Part shown: one piece after another, positions 12,969-25,071 of the stretch | Layout of the letters: each line of letters opens with the position of its first letter | How positions within the stretch are numbered: the first letter of the stretch is position 1 | NCBI GenBank assembly: GCA_030390025.1 | Contig: CM059432.1 | Span: 11,160,001-11,224,000, forward strand | Source: Squalus acanthias | Lineage: Eukaryota | Reading direction: 5' to 3' | Length of the DNA stretch: 64,000 nucleotides | Translations under genes and position numbers: made by a program | Notes under the pieces: generated by a model | What the model was told of the DNA's origin: nothing | The model's database searches: none | Seen by the model: the letters and a program-made list of their open reading frames with translations, nothing else

Positions 12969-13288
12969 AGGTCGCACAACACCAGGTTATAGTCCAACAG
13001 TTTTATTTGAAATCACAAGCTTTCGGAGTTACAACTCCTTCGTCGGGTGAAGTGAGGAGATACAGAATCGTCAAAGCATATATAGATAGAGAACAATGCA
13101 TGTGTAACTTACAATTGCAGACAACTGAATTCAATCATCCTGACTGTTTATCTGCCGAGGTGTGATAAAGTTAATCAGGTCAGCCAGGAAGGTACCACAT
13201 CAAAGACATAGCAAGATACAACTGAGACAATGAGGTGGAATCGCATGGGGTCTAACGTGTCAAAAGCTGCCGTCTGTATGTAAAACGA
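12969..13288 (-). mobile_element. Penelope-like element solo pseudo-LTR
   Basis: Homologous to the pLTR at 55021-55350; TSD TTCATAAATAGAG at 12956-12968 and 13289-13301. Confidence 0.9.
13013..13050 (-). ncRNA. Minimal type I hammerhead ribozyme motif (variant core CCGACGA)
   Basis: Minus strand: tcac CCGACGA a ggagt tgta actcc GAAA gc TT gtga. Confidence 0.7.
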
Positions 13289-14209
13289 TTCATAAATAGA
13301 GGCATAGAGTACAAAAGCAAGGAAGTTATGTTGAACTTTTATAAAACACTGTCTTGGCCTCAACTGGAGTATTGTATCCAATTTTGGGCACTGCACTTTA
13401 GGAAGGATGTGAAGGCCTTAGAGAGGGTGCAGAAAAGATTTACGAGAATGATTCCAGGGATGAGGGACTTCAGTTACGTGGATAGACTAGCGAAGCTGCT
13501 GTTCTCTTTAGAGCAGAGAAGATTGAGAGGAGATTTGATAGAAGTGTTCAAAATCATGAGGGGTCTAGACAGAGTAGATAGAGAGAAACTGTTCCCATTG
13601 GCGGAAGGTCGATAACCAGAGGACACAGATTTGAGGTGATTGGCAAACAAACCAAAGGCGACATGAAGAAAAACTTTTTTTACGCAACGAGTGGTTATGA
13701 TCTGGAATGCACTGCCTGAAAGGGTGGTGGAGGCTGACTCAATCGTGGCTTTCAAAAGGGAATTGGATAAGTACCTGAAGGAAAAATATTTGCAGGGCTA
13801 TGGGGAAAGGGCGGGGAAGTGGGACGAGCTGAAGTGCTCTTGCAGAGAGCCGGCATGGGCTTGATGGGCCGAATAGCCTCCTACTGTGCTGTAACCATTC
13901 TATGATTCTAAAATGAGAAAAGAACACCTTGTATGGTGCGCTAATCAAATGGGCTTGGACAAGGTGAAACCTCTCGTGATTGGGGAAAAAGCAAGAACCC
14001 CTGTTGCTTTTTAAGATATACAGTAAATATCTTTTGCTGCATTAAAAAAAAGCCTTGATACATGAGCATTTTTTAATTTTTAAGGTGTTCTCTGAAAAAT
14101 TTTGAGGGAATAGATCATTATGTTTATCTTTAGCAAAATACTATAGGATGTCAATATATAATTACGTTAAATTGGTTTCCTATGGGTTAAAGGAATTGAG
14201 AAAGTATCT

Positions 14210-14550
14210 GCATTATATATAGCGCCTTAACACATCCAAGGTGATATGCAACTAAGTAATTACTTTTTGAATTGCAGTCAGGATTATGTATGCAGCAGCT
14301 AAATAGTGAACATTAAAGTCTCACAAATAGCAACTAAAAGACCTGCTAATCTGATTTTGGCAGTGCTGGTTGAGAGGAATGTTGGCCCAGGACACTGGGA
14401 GAACTCCCTGCTCTTCAACTACTTCTGTGGGATCTTTTAGCAGGCATTTAGGGCCTTAATTTTGCATCTTGATTCTAACACAGCACCTCCAACAATACAA
14501 CACCCTCTCAATACTGCAGTGAAGTGTCCGTTTAGATTATATGTTCAAAG
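14210..14550 (-). mobile_element. Old Deu-type SINE
   Basis: Degenerate match to the copies at 38165 and 59049. Confidence 0.6.
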
Positions 14551-14999
14551 CCCCATGGCCACCTCAGGTTGATGAGGCTGCAAAAAAGGCAATAGAATTG
14601 TTGGTTTTATCCCAGAGTGTAAAAAGCAAGATGAGCCTATATAAAATCTTAAGACTTCAGTTAGAGTATTGTGTGCATTATTGGGCTCCACACTCTAGGC
14701 TTTAGAGAGGGTATAATGAAGATTGATGAGAATGATGTCTGGTATGAGGAAATAGAAATACGAAGAACAAGATTAAAAATTGGGTCTTTTTTCGTTACAA
14801 GGCAGATTACAGGACAGTATAATAGAAGTAATCAAAATTATGAAAGGATGGGACAGCATAGAAGCAGACTGTCGAGGGGGGGTCAAGAACAATGGGCTAC
14901 AGATACAAGATTAAATGTAAGAGACTTGGAACAGAGGGCAGGAGAAACTTTGCGAAATTGAGGCTGTGGAATTTATTTTCTGCGTTGGTGTTTAAGGCT

Positions 15000-16380
15000 A
15001 GGTTGGGGGGCTTCACTTGGGGGCAAGGTGTCGTCGTCGCTTCCTGCTAGCCAAGTTTTTGTTAAGGCCATGATGTCACTACAGTCATCCACAACTAGGT
15101 CGTGGGTGGTAATAGCCTTGTTCGCGAGTGAATGGACATTCTAGAGGGAGATGTGGAGAGGAGTGGTGATTGTTGATCTGCTAGCAGAGTCCAAGAGGTC
15201 AACAGTGGAAGGGGTGAGCTTGACTGGAAAGAGGTTGGCACGATGGGTGGAGTCAGTTTGGGGCATTGATGAACTAATGGCCAGGTACGGAAACAGGTGT
15301 GGAGGGTGAGTGAGCCCAGGAGTTGTTTGAGGGGCAGAGTATCAGTGGGCCAACTAGAAGAGGTTTTCCTATGGAAAGTGGAAAGCCAGGTAGGTGTGGA
15401 GAGTTGACCACGAGCCAGTAAAGATTGTTCTAGTGGTCCAGCATAAGTGAGTAAGGACCTTGAGTGATTAGTAGTGCACACCAGCGGAGAGATGAATAGA
15501 GTCAGCGGCAATGGGAAGAAAGTGGTAAAGCAAAGGTCATGCGGCAGCAATGGAGCAGAATTCAGAACAGGATGGGAAACAGCAGGAACAGATCAGAGTT
15601 TGCTCAGCGTAGAGTGAAAATTTCCCGGCAGAGGAGTAGAAAACTGAGAGCGAAGGAGCAGACCATGTATTCGCATCGAGGCAGCCCAGCAGAAAATACA
15701 GTCCCTGTAGAAAGGGATGGCGACGGATGTCTCTGAGGTCCAGAAGCCAGCGGTGAAATGGACTTCGGCCCAGGAGAAAATAGATTTCTGTCTAGGATCC
15801 ACACAGCAGCAAAATAAAGCTGAGAAACCCAACAGTACATTATAAGAACAGGAGTAGGCCATTTAGCCCCTCGAGTCTGTTCCGTCATTCAGTGAGATCA
15901 TGGCTGATCTGTGACCTAACTCCATATACCCACCTTTGCCCCGTATCCCTTAATACTTTGGTTAACAGAAATCTATCAATCTCTGATTTAACAATTGACC
16001 TAGCATCAACTGCCGTTTGCGGAAGAGAGTTCCAAACTTCTACCACCCTTTGCGTGTAGAAGTGTTTCCTAACTTCACTCCTGAAAGACCTGGCTCTAAT
16101 TGTAAGGCTGTGTCCCCTAGTCCTCGATTCCCCAACCAGCGGAAATGCATTAAAGTACAGTCAGAAGCTCAGCAGGTAACAGCAGCTGCTAGGCGATGAG
16201 TTATAGGCTAGAAGAAGTTATCTTAAAACTTGAAGTGACTGAGTAGCAGAGTCTGAGTATAGTTCAGCAGAGTAGCCTAATCCTGATGGTGGAGGAATCC
16301 AGGAATCAGGGAAGTTAAATTTGAACAGAGTCCCAGATGTTGAAAGGAGCACAGTACAAGCCACGTCATTAGAAAGGCCA
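15000..16380 (-). mobile_element. L2 LINE 5' region with the start of the APE domain, split by a CR1 3' fragment
   Basis: Minus-strand PLHISL*NVHSLANKAITTHDLVVDDCSDIMALTKTWL at about 15160-15045; the upstream extent is uncertain. Confidence 0.6.
15841..16146 (-). mobile_element. CR1 3' fragment
   Basis: CR1 tail and FYTQRVVEVWNSLP-type sequence. Confidence 0.85.
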
Positions 16381-16764
16381 CATTTTAAATAGTGTACCAA
16401 GTTCTAGGTATTCTACAATGGAAATTGATCTATTGAAGATTTTTCAAAAGAAAACTAGAATGGTTTTAGAACTAAGGGCTCCCAAGTTTTGAAAAGAGAA
16501 TCAGATTATTTTTTCCCCCCAATTTTACTTTAGTTATGCCACTGGTCTGTGAGTGACTATCCCACTGGTGTCTCATCCAAATGGCCGTCGTTCTTGTGTG
16601 AGCACCAGTGGCAGTAGGCTTTTCAACTCTGGGGCATAACAGCAGAGGCAGACCTTGCACTCATTTGAAGTTTACCTGTATGGACTTTGGAGTAGAAGCC
16701 ACTGGACAGGAGTGGGGTCTTGGTTGATTTTTACCCTCTTGAGCCGATGGACACTGAAGTCAAA

Positions 16765-17168
16765 TTGTTGGTTCCTGGTCTGGCAATGCCTTGATTTTAA
16801 AATATTCATCTTTGTTTTCAAATCCCTCCATGGCTTCACCCCTCCCTATCTCTGTAACCTCCTCCAGCCCTATAACCCTCATTGCTGCGCTCCTCCAATT
16901 CTGGCGTCTTGCGCATCCCCGATTTTAATTGTTCCACCATTGGTGGCCACGCCTTCAGCTGCCTAGGCCCTAAGCTCTGGAATTCCCTCCCTAAGCGCCT
17001 CCACCGCTCCTCCTTTAAGACGCTGCTTCAAATCTACCTCTGACCAAGCTTTTGGTCATCTGACCTAATATCCCCTTATGTGGCTCGGTGTCAAATTTTG
17101 TTAACGCTCCTGTGAAGCGCCTTGGGACCTTTAACTACTTTTAAAGGCGCTTTATAAATGTATGTTAT
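16765..17168 (+). mobile_element. L2 3' fragment
   Basis: LDFKIFIFVFKSLHG plus L2 tail. Confidence 0.8.
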
Positions 17169-17659
17169 TTAAATGCTTAGGATTTTTAATTTTGGAGATT
17201 CAAGTGGTTGCATTGTGGTTGTAAAACCTTTGTTTTTCATTAGTAAAAATAGATTCCTGACTTTATAATCCCTGTCATACCATGAGCTTGTGGGAAAACT
17301 ATTGAGCCTAAAATAATACCAAACTCAATTATTTCTTTTTATATTTTAATAGGATTTTTACTTGAGCCTGTAGCCAAGCCCAGAATTGGCAAAACATAGC
17401 AACAGAGACCATTCAGTTGAAATAATTGGCTAAGGCTATGATGTGAACTTGAGCTCTGAATGGTGTCCAATACTCAACCATGAGAGTTATTTGACTGCCT
17501 CCCATCCAGTATAAATTTAAACCTGACCTGGAAGTGACCTTCTTGCAATGGGAACATTGCACTGATACAACATTTGAGTGTTTTGCATTCACAGACGTAA
17601 GCCATTAGAACGTTGAACTACATAGCCAAAACAGTAGAATACAAATTAGGGGAAATGGA

Positions 17660-18100
17660 TAGCGCATTGGTTGGGCCATGCCTTGAGTACTGTGTCCATT
17701 TCTGGTCAATGAGAGCCAAGGCAGGTATTCAAGCACTCAAAGCAGTGCAGAGAAAGATACACAAGGCTGATCCCTAGTGTCAAAAGATCTGAGTTATGGG
17801 GAAAGACTGGAGAAACTTGGTGTTTTTGGATTGAAAAGGCCATCTATAGAGGTATTCTAGATAGATAATTGAATATAAAAGTTAAATGTTGAATATTTAT
17901 TTGCAAGAATAGGACCAGGGGATACAGGTTCAAATTCGTAAAAGGTAAATTTAGGACTAATATCAGGCAGTTCTTCGCACAAAGATTGATGAATGTTGAG
18001 AAACTTTCAGATAGAGTAGTGGAGGCAAAATCTCTGGAACCATTTAAGAAACAATTAGATGCTGCAATGCAGGACTGAATGGCCTTTCTCATCTGTAATA
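17660..18100 (+). mobile_element. Old degenerate CR1 3' fragment. Similar relics lie at about 3650-3860, 14570-14990, 25550-26010, 40280-41120, 41320-41500 and 58500-59030.
   Basis: Residual RPxLEYCVxFW and FFxQRV..WN motifs. Confidence 0.65.
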
Positions 18101-20261
18101 TTTATTTATGGGTGAACAATGTTACTGAATTGGACAGGTGTGAAATAGCATCAAGTTATATTTCATTTTTTAAAAACCTGATAATGTAATAGGCTTAATA
18201 AAGTACAGCTTTCAAGCATTTAAAAATTATCTCAATCTTGCATCTACTGTCACGATTATTCACAGTGGATGGAAAGGATTTTCTGGTGCATATTGAGGCA
18301 AGGAATGTCAGTGATGGCAAACTTACAATTTTGCACTTATGCACAGTTGGCCCATGTTTACCAGAAACTGAGTTACAACTGCAGAAGCTAACTTCACATG
18401 GGGTTCTTGCTGATAGCACAGCAAGGAGACATTCCAGCCTGGACTGAATTTAAACCATGGTCCAAAGAAAGGGCGGTGCCGCACAGAACTGAGGTTTTTC
18501 TTTTTAGGGAAATATCTCTTCATATTTTAGCACTTCTTTCCTCCCCCAGGCCAAGTAACAGAGGTTGATGAGTGTGTAATCTACTCATCGACTTTTCCCA
18601 GTACTGCTCCGATCTTGCAGCCAAGGGGTGAACAATAGTGGTCCTAGGACGAAGCTTCCTTAATTTTTTTCTTCTTGTGGCCTTTGAGTGGCACCCACAG
18701 TAACGAGGCTGAGGCAAGGAGTTCTGCAGCTGGGAATTGTAGCTGTATTCAACAACTGCCATGTTAACATGATTGCTGCTTCAAACTACTATCTCGGGTA
18801 AATGATGAGACCTAAAGGACTGTAAGAGGACCCTTATTTTGTGCACAGATTAAAAAAATATTTTTTGTTAAGGTTTAAAGTGGATTAAGCTACAAGCAAA
18901 ATGGCATAAATTCAATATTATTGTAGTTTTTCTATGTGTGGGGTAAATAGGCAATGCATGTAGGCATCATCCACTTTTAAGAAATCTTCAGGCTTGTATT
19001 GAGCAATCATACAATTACTGAGTAATGGGAAGAAGAAGCTATTAGTTTCCAGTCTCTGTTGGAAACTATTATGTTACATGCCTTTATTTTCAAACCCCAT
19101 GATCGAGGCGCTCATTGAGAACACATTGGTTCATTATGGGAATTGCATCTAATCTATATACTAACTGTTTGCACAGGCCTGTGAAAATAGATACTATTGT
19201 AATGAAATGTGTGCACAGTGGCTATAGCCTTTCTAAAATTGAGGTTTTATATTTTAATGGTAATTACCAGACTGTTGACTCAGAAAATTGATTGACATGA
19301 CCTTGGAATGTATCCTCTGGAATTATGAGAAGTTTAATTTCTGTCTAGATCAAGGCATATTTTTAATGACTGGCTAGTCTGATAGTGGTAACATATGGTA
19401 GAAACATGCTCTGAGGGGCAAGTTGTCTTTATGACACACTTGTCTAGAGGATGGACAGATGGTGAGTTATTTAGCCTCATAGTTTCATTCTACATGCTGA
19501 CTTGCCAGTACACTATAGGGTGTCTAAGAAGATTAACTGGGATTTTTGTGAATTTACAATAAAATAAACATTGCCCTTGAAACTATAATTCATGGTGCTG
19601 CACAAAAACTGAAAGACCAAGTAATATTAAATATTTATAGCAATTTTTTTTACCAAAAATACTTTCAACTTATTTTCTGTGTGTATCCAATTTCTCAACT
19701 ATTCCACATCGTCTAGCTTTCTTACCTCATGAAAAACTTTATCAAATTATTGACTGGTCAACCTCATCACTGATTGACTGGTACTTACAATCCACCACTG
19801 CAAATGATTTATTATATAATTAGACAGAGTGGGACATATCTCTCAAGGAAGCTGCGGTAATAGCATCATGATTGCTAATTCTCTTGCATGAATTTCATCT
19901 TGCATCAGGTGATTTATATAATATTTGTGGACCAGTGTTTTTTTTTTCAGTGGAGCGGTAAATTTGTTAAGGTGTTTTGCTGTCTGGTAATTTTGGCGGT
20001 TTAATTTCAAACCCTACTATAATCCAATCAAGGGCTTTGGAGGATGAAACTGCAAGAGCAAACCGCAAGCGGTTCATAATTATCTCAACCATTGAGAAAA
20101 CAGCCTTGCAATTGATCCTTGGCATAAGTTTATAATACATGTGTACTATTTCTGTTTTACATGGGGTTTGTTCTCTCTTATGGTCAGACTTTGTGTTGGT
20201 AGTGCATATAGGTGCATCACATGACATTGGTGGACTCACCACCTGATGCAAGATGAAATTC

Positions 20262-21097
20262 TGATGCGGAGATGCCGGTGTTGGACTGGGGTGGACAAAA
20301 ATGAGAAGTCGCACAACACCAGGTTATAGTCCAACAGTTTTATTTGAAATTACGAGCTTTCGGAGCGCTGCTCCTTCGTCGGGTACAGTGAGGGAATACA
20401 AATCGATTACAAAGTATATATAGACAGAGAACAATGCGTCTGCAGAGATACAATCCGTCAGGGAGGCATTACATCAAAGACACAGCAGAGTACAGCTAAG
20501 ACAATGAGGTGGGTCACAGGGGGTCCAACGTGTCAAATGCTGCAGTCTGCAGTTAAGCTTTTAAATCTTTTTAAAAAAAACTGGAAATCACACCTGTGAA
20601 CCAGACAACGATGTCGAGTCACGTTCTGTAGCGTGACATGAAACCGAGATCCCGGTTGAGGCCGTCCTCATGGGTGCGGAACTTGGCTATCAGTTTTTGC
20701 TCGATGATTTTGCGTTGTCGTGTGTCTCGAAGGCCGCCTTGGAGAACGCTAACCCGCAGATCCGAGGCTGAATGTCCTTGACTGCTGAAGTGTTCCTCGA
20801 CTGGGAGGTAACAATCCTGCCTGGCAATTGTTGCGCGGTGTCCGTTCATACGTTGTCTTAGTGTCTGCATGGTCTCGCCGATGTACCATGCCGCGGTGCA
20901 TTCTTTCCTGCAACGTATGAGGTAGACAACGTTGGCCGAGTCACATGAGTATGTACCATGTACCTGGTGGGTAATGTCCTCACGTGTGACGATGGTATCT
21001 GTGTTGATGATCTGGCATGTCTTGCAGAGGTTGCCGTGGCAGGGTTGTGTGGTGTCGTGGTCGCTGTTCTCCTGACAGCTGGGTAATTTGCTGCGAA
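20262..21097 (-). mobile_element. Penelope-like element (Neptune-type) 3' fragment: Cys linker, GIY-YIG endonuclease and pLTR
   Basis: ORF 20619-21122 with PCHGNLCKTC..YSC..VVYLIRC..YIGET..RMNGHR; pLTR related to 55021-55350. Confidence 0.92.
20351..20385 (-). ncRNA. Minimal hammerhead ribozyme motif (variant core CCGACGA)
   Basis: Minus strand: tac CCGACGA a ggagc agc gctcc GAAA gc TC gta. Confidence 0.7.
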
Positions 21098-23434
21098 GTG
21101 GCCTCCTTATTCTTCCTACCAAAATGAACCACCACCTAAATTGCTATATTGAATTTATTTTGCCATTTATCCACCCATTGAGAGTTGGTCTGGATTCCCA
21201 TTCCCAATTGCCATCCATCCACCCCTGCTGGAAATGTCAAGATTTGGTTGTCTGGTAATGACAGAGCCAGATTTTGCTGTAATGCTAATATTTCAAGCCT
21301 AAGCTCTCAAAAATGACCACTTGGGTGATCGAGCTGTTCAGCACTGGTGGAACTGTACCACAGCAAAATGTGCTGGATAGGAGAAAGTTGGTGTTTTAAA
21401 AAAAAATAACACTTTTTTTATACTTGAGGGAAAATTCAGTGGGAGATCTTCCACATTTATATTAAAGTTGATTAAAGTTTTCATGGCTCCTGAGGGGTTA
21501 AAACACACTGCTAAGATAGAAGTCTCAAAGTATGCTTCTGTGAAAGGCTACAATCTTTTGAAGAATCAGCTGATGAAAGGGTTGGTGCTCGGTATTTTGC
21601 TACAAATGCAAAATTACAGAAAACAATGGATTTTGCAGTATTAATGTTTTGTTTGGAACAGCTTTCATTAAGAACAGCAAAAAGGGACTCTAATTCACAA
21701 GTACATTTTGCTAAATATGCAGCTGAAGATTTTTTTTGGCTGTTGGATAAGAAGACAAATTTGATTTTCCCATAATCTGTTGACAAAACATTGGCACCTG
21801 CATAAAGGTTGTAAAAAGGTTGTTTCTGCACTGATGAAAAGTTGGATATTTGTTGTAACTAAAATTGTACTCGTAAGCTATTTCTAGATGTAGGGTAGCA
21901 ATTAGCATGCCATTTGCAATTTATTACTGTCTAAAGACTGTAATCATTTCCTTATTCCCATGGAATGTTATTTGTGGGGCCTATGCCTCTGGAAGTGTAG
22001 CATTAAAATTCTACAAAATAACAGTGAAAGATAATCACAAAGTAAAATTACATTTTCCCCCTTTTTTTTATTTAAATATTTTAGTAACAAAGTAGTTGAA
22101 GTATAAACCTGACAAACCAAAACAGTAAAAGAGAAAAACATCAATAAAATTAATTTTCAAACTGTGAGCCTAGACTCAATTGCAGAGGAATGAATAGAAA
22201 AACATCCAATATTGAAAATACCAACATAAGGTATTGATTTTTTTTTTTACAATCTGAAATTGGCAAAACCAATATTCCCTTTGCAACAAGAGTATAAGAA
22301 ATGAAAGCCCATTGAGCTGGACTATATTTAGTTGCCCCTGGAACCAGAACAGGAAGTCTAAGTGTACCATCTACAGCCTGTCCTTGAATGTCTGAGTTAT
22401 GTGCAGACCCAATTGTTCTATAAATTCCAGACCAGAACAATTTGGGCATTTGACCTCCGAGTCACTAAACTCCACTGATAGAATCATTGATGGTGACTCA
22501 CCCTAGGCGTCAAATCAAGTTGCTGCCAGCTTGTTCCAAAAATAGAACCAGGCAACTTGGGATGCTAGCTCCTGGTGCTACACAACTAGTATACTATGAT
22601 GCACAGTGTGGAACAACTTGTCCATCAACCTGTGCCAGGATTTATTGGGTGTTCATAAGGAAGCCTAACAAACAAGAGAGGAGTGGAGTTTTTTTTAAAA
22701 AAAAGCAGAAACCTGTTTCTGAGAAATAGGTGATAAGTTTGAGGAACATCTTGTTGAATTATTTTTTGTTTCCATTTAGGCCACATTTAAAAAAAATCAT
22801 ACTTGCTAGGATATATTAAAAATAAGGTCTGCTTCATTTTTCTTGACCTTCCCTGTCTAAGTTATGCCTAGGCTTTCTGATTTTTGTGTTAAGCCGATAA
22901 AATGTACCCATCAAAAAAGTCCGTTAATACCTAAAATACACTCAAATTTGTTCATTCCATAATTTTAATTTTTAATAATTTAAGATAGTTTCTGACCACT
23001 CCTCAAAGTCGTGCAAAGAGAAAATTATTGCACAAGTTATTTGCACCAGAATTAATAGCTGCCATTCCTAATTTTAGACTTGGTGAGGTATTAAAGTTTA
23101 AAATGGTGATTTTTGCCATTTTTTGTCAATGAATTGCATTGAAAATATGAACATAAAATGGCCAAACTAAATACCATCAAAACTAAACACACAAAACCGA
23201 AAGCCTAGTTATGGTAACATACAGTTGGACTGAGATTGAAACTGATGCACATGTCCTCTTACAGGTGCTTCAGGCTGTGAATCACGTCATCTATAGGGTG
23301 GTTGACGAGCAGTAGCAACAAGATTAAAGCTTGTGCATCTGTGTAAAGTGAGCTGCCCATACTGAGTGTTCCTTGTCGTCTAAAATATCACTGCGCATGC
23401 ACAGGCATACAGGATGAACTGTGCGGTAGCACTC

Positions 23435-23897
23435 CAAATGGGCGGGTTGTCTTATGAGGAAAGGTTGGACAGGTTAGGCTTGTATCTGCTGGAGTTTAGA
23501 AGAGTAAGAGGTGACTTGATTGAAACATATAAGATCCTGAGGGGTCTGGGCAGGGTGGATGTGGAGAGGATGTTTCCTCCTGTGGGAGAATCTAGAACTA
23601 GGGGTCACTGTTGAAAAATAAGGGGTCGCCCATTTAAGACAGAGATGAGGAGACATTTTTTCTCAGAGGGTCGTGAGTCTTTGGAACTCCCTTCCTCAGA
23701 GGGCGGTGGAAGCAGAGTCTTTGAATATTTTTAAGGCAGAGGTAGATAGATTCTTGGTAAGCAAGGGGTTGAAAAGTTATCGGGGGTAGGCGGGAATGTG
23801 GAGTAATCAGATCAGCCATGATCTTATAGAATGGTGGAGCAGGCTCGAAGGGCCGAGTGGCCTACTCCTCCTAATTCGTATGTTCGTATGTATGTTC
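23435..23897 (+). mobile_element. CR1 3' fragment
   Basis: GLSYEERLDRLGLY..RGDLIETYKIL; (TTCGTATG)n tail. Confidence 0.9.
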
Positions 23898-24074
23898 AGA
23901 CAGAACTTTAAAAAATAATTGTTCTCTGGATGTCCTAGTCGCCCTGCTTACAACTAGCGCCAGTCCACAAATTATCAGGTGTACATCCAATTTCACAACT
24001 CGCCATGCTGAGATTTGAACGCATCACCTCTGAGTTGTTCATCAAGTACTATAACCACTATACTACTGTATCCC

Positions 24075-25071
24075 TTCGAAGAAGAGCAGGGGAGTTATCC
24101 CCGGTGTCCTGGCCAATATCTATCCCTCAATCAACATAACAAAAACAGATTATCTTGTCAATGGGCCGAAAATTGATCCCGGGACGCGAGAGTACGCACT
24201 GCGTACTCTCGCGTATTCCCACTCCAATTGCCGGTTTTCTGCATGCCCTGCGCATGCGCTGAAAACCGGCAATTGCTCTTCTGAAAAGGGGGCGGGTCCT
24301 CGGTGCATCGCGTGCGCGCTACAGGCTGCGCGCACGCTGTGCACTTCATGCTTTGGACGCGCAGGTAAGTACTGAAGATTTTAGAAATGTAAAAAGGAGG
24401 AGTAAGACCCGCTTTTAAGAAGGTAAGTAGTGAATTAAGTATTTTTTTGAATTTTTTTTTAACAGGTATATCTTTTTTAGAGACTTTAAAGACAGGTAAG
24501 TTTATTTTTATAACTTTTTAAAAGATTTTAAATTTTTTCAAAAATTTAATTTTTTATTTAAAATGGTTAATTTAATTAACTATACTTATTTTATTAATAT
24601 GATGGTTTTTTTTTTAATTTAATTGAGGTTTAGCTGTTATTTTGGGGGGGGTGTAAGATTCATAGATATCACAGCCGTGCTGTGAAACTTATGAATGGAA
24701 GATGGTGTGCTGCCATTGGCTCTAACTGAGTCACGTGATCCCACAGCTCGCACGAATTCACTACGCCGCTGGGATAGGCAAGCACTGCCCAGCTGATCTC
24801 TAGAACATGAAGTTCGTGCGAGCTGGATCTGAAAAAGCACAAGCGAGGTGAGAGATCGCGGGAAAGCCTTACCCCCGCGGGAACAGAGCGAGATCAATTT
24901 CTGGGCCATTATCACATTGCTGTTTGTGTGAGCTTGCTGTGTGCAAATGGGCTGTTGCGTTTCCTACATTACAACAGTGACAACACTTCAAAAGTATGTC
25001 CTTGGCTGCAAAGCCCTCTGGGACGTCCTGAGGTCGTAAAAGGCACTATATAAATGCAAGTCTGTCTTTTT
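24075..25071 (+). mobile_element. Deu-type SINE with an L2-like tail, interrupted by an H2 MITE
   Basis: Colinear with the uninterrupted copy at 59049-59275. Confidence 0.8.
24163..24907 (+). mobile_element. Harbinger-type MITE family H2 copy 1
   Basis: TIRs GGGCCGAAAATTGATC / GATCAATTTCTGGGCC; flanks AAT/ATT; near-identical inverted copy at 41747-42489. Confidence 0.88.

Larger units (their letters stand above)
12216..13910 (+). mobile_element. 3' half of the same CR1 (RT to tail), interrupted by a PLE at 12969-13288
   Basis: VVGKLLETII, DFQKAFD, GVPQGSVLGP motifs; tail attctatgattcta. Confidence 0.92.
7122..14015 (+). mobile_element. Tigger/pogo (CENP-B-like) DNA transposon relic in three pieces: about 7122-7737, 8531-8671 and 13911-14015
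   Basis: HTH region QKQVTQKYGISESLVSRILK...DVDKALFSWF; DDE_1 motif YSCDETGLFYHALP; KEHLVWCANQMGLDKVKPLVIG..KNPCCF. Confidence 0.8.

Noticed and set aside
20262..21097. Third PLE as support for CR1 site targeting
   Set aside because: It is not at the CATAAATAGAG site and has no visible TSD. One flank is CR1-like but from a different position, and its pLTR is a diverged subfamily. Any targeting is therefore not shared by all PLEs here.
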